Source of the DNA: Ostrea edulis
Taxonomy: Eukaryota
Assembly (NCBI RefSeq): GCF_947568905.1
Contig: NC_079171.1
Location: 21,638,001 to 21,702,000 of the forward strand
DNA length: 64,000 bases
Reading direction: 5' to 3'
Both the position numbers and the translations under genes were made by a program. The notes beneath the pieces are model-generated. The model was not told the origin of the DNA. It saw only the letters and a list, made by a program, of their open reading frames with translations, and did not search any database. Below are positions 62,480 to 64,000 of the stretch, in pieces. Each line of letters begins with the position of its first letter. The first letter of the stretch is position 1.

Positions 62480-64000
62480 TTCATGCTAATAATGTAAAGT
62501 GGTGTTGTACTTAGGCCTAATGTATTGCATTTAAAAAATCGTTCACGATATAGATCTACATACGAACTGACAGGATCTATGGAGGAGTTATTGCTTTTTT
62601 TAAAAATTCCAATGAAGGGAGGAGATCTAGCTAGCGATGTGGGGGAGGGGGGTTACCCTGAAATGATTAGCCTATAGCTATATAGACCTAGATTTATATA
62701 CATGTAGATCTATATATAGCTAAACAACTTGAAGTTCCAGTGAAATGGTCTGCATTTTTGTTTGTACATAAAGTAAGAAAATAAAACTAAAAACTACACG
62801 ACAATGATTGTATTTTATTATTTCACTGAAAGATTGTGTAATTCTCAGGTAGTGCAATCGTATTCAGGAGTGGATCCAGGAATTTTTGAAGGGGTCTGCA
62901 CCTTTAAATTTGGTTTTCGAAGGAGGGGGTCCACCCTCAAAATGCTTATTTTTACCTTTCCGAGAGCAAAAGTTTATGATGAAAAGGGAGCCCCCATCCG
63001 GACCCCCCCCCCCCCCCCCCCCCCCCTCTAGATCCGCTAAGTACTGTTATTGATATAATTTCTCTGGAGAGAGAAACATTAACAATAATGATTTAGGCCT
63101 AGGCCTTTATATTGAAATCGGGCATAGAATGTGTTCATTGCTGATTAAATATTTAGACTGATGAGGTGGAGGAATGACGGTGGTAAGTTTGCAACCCGTT
63201 GAGGCTTGGATAATTGAGAATTCACATTCGTGTGTAATGCACGCTGTATCGGAAATGTTTTTCTTATATCCCCCCACCCTCAAGTTTAATAATATAATCG
63301 TCGCAAACCACGGCTGAAACATACGCTTGAAAGGAGAGAGGGGCGTACGTTTCAGCGGCTAGTATGCATGTAGTTGTATTGGGCGCACCCGCGCGCGCGT
63401 CACCATGTATGCAGAAGTCGCACGTGGTGGGAACATAATAGATTATGCAACCCCCCCCCCTCCTCAAACTTTTTTATCATTTAATACATTTTTCTAAACA
63501 AGATACCACAATTTACCTTTTTGAAAATTTTAGGGGGGCGCGCGCCGTCAGATGGTGATTCAATTTTATTACACATCCTCATATCTTTCATGATTAAATT
63601 ATATTTCATGCTGATTTGATAAACACTTTCACGGTGTAGCGAGACCTCTTAATTAAGGTAGCTCACTACACCCAAGACTTATACTTTTTATTACACCGTT
63701 TGTCTATCATCGTAGTTCAATGGATAAGGTATCGGGTTAGTAACTCGCAGATCCATAGTTCAATTGAACTCAATTTATTGGATCTCATTACCATTATGCA
63801 ATGGTATACAGAGGTATAGAAAACAAAAACAAAAAGCTCTTACATGTACAACAGTAAATAATACATGCGTGTAATAAAGTATATATCAAGTTATTATCAA
63901 TTTAATTTCTTAATGAAAGTACGCTAGTACAGAGATTTCTTTAAAAAAAAACAAAAAAAAAAAAAAAAACCAACAACTTACCCAGTATCTATTGTTAGTT

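Noticed and set aside
62480-64000. Head-to-head DCST1 partner as in vertebrates
   Set aside because: No DCST1-like exon is visible in the remaining 1.5 kb; cannot be judged beyond the window.

Overview
AT-rich animal genomic DNA, most consistent with an oyster or related bivalve (inferred from repeat types and gene families). Three spliced genes were rebuilt by hand with canonical GT-AG sites and consistent phases. (1) A + strand F-type-lectin/EGF-repeat type-I membrane receptor (1481-21129) with an in-frame TGA at 6490-6492. (2) A - strand PAN/apple-like plus C-type lectin gene (31963-24348) with TGA in place of the Trp of the conserved WIG motif. (3) An intact 16-exon, ~929-aa DCST2-like gene (62306-37474). 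The introns hold a young full-length Gypsy element (182-bp LTRs, 5-bp TSD, tRNA-Leu PBS, single gag-pol ORF) and a Penelope-like fragment with a minimal hammerhead ribozyme and a nested MITE. Also present: a tiny LTR-like element, about ten copies of a SINE family (most without a tRNA head), MITEs with 5-bp TSDs, Helentron-associated-like elements, a pogo/Tigger derivative, a perfect 62-bp hairpin and several minisatellites. Most short ORFs in the supplied track are spurious. All coordinates were counted by hand, and family names come from recalled motifs, not database searches.
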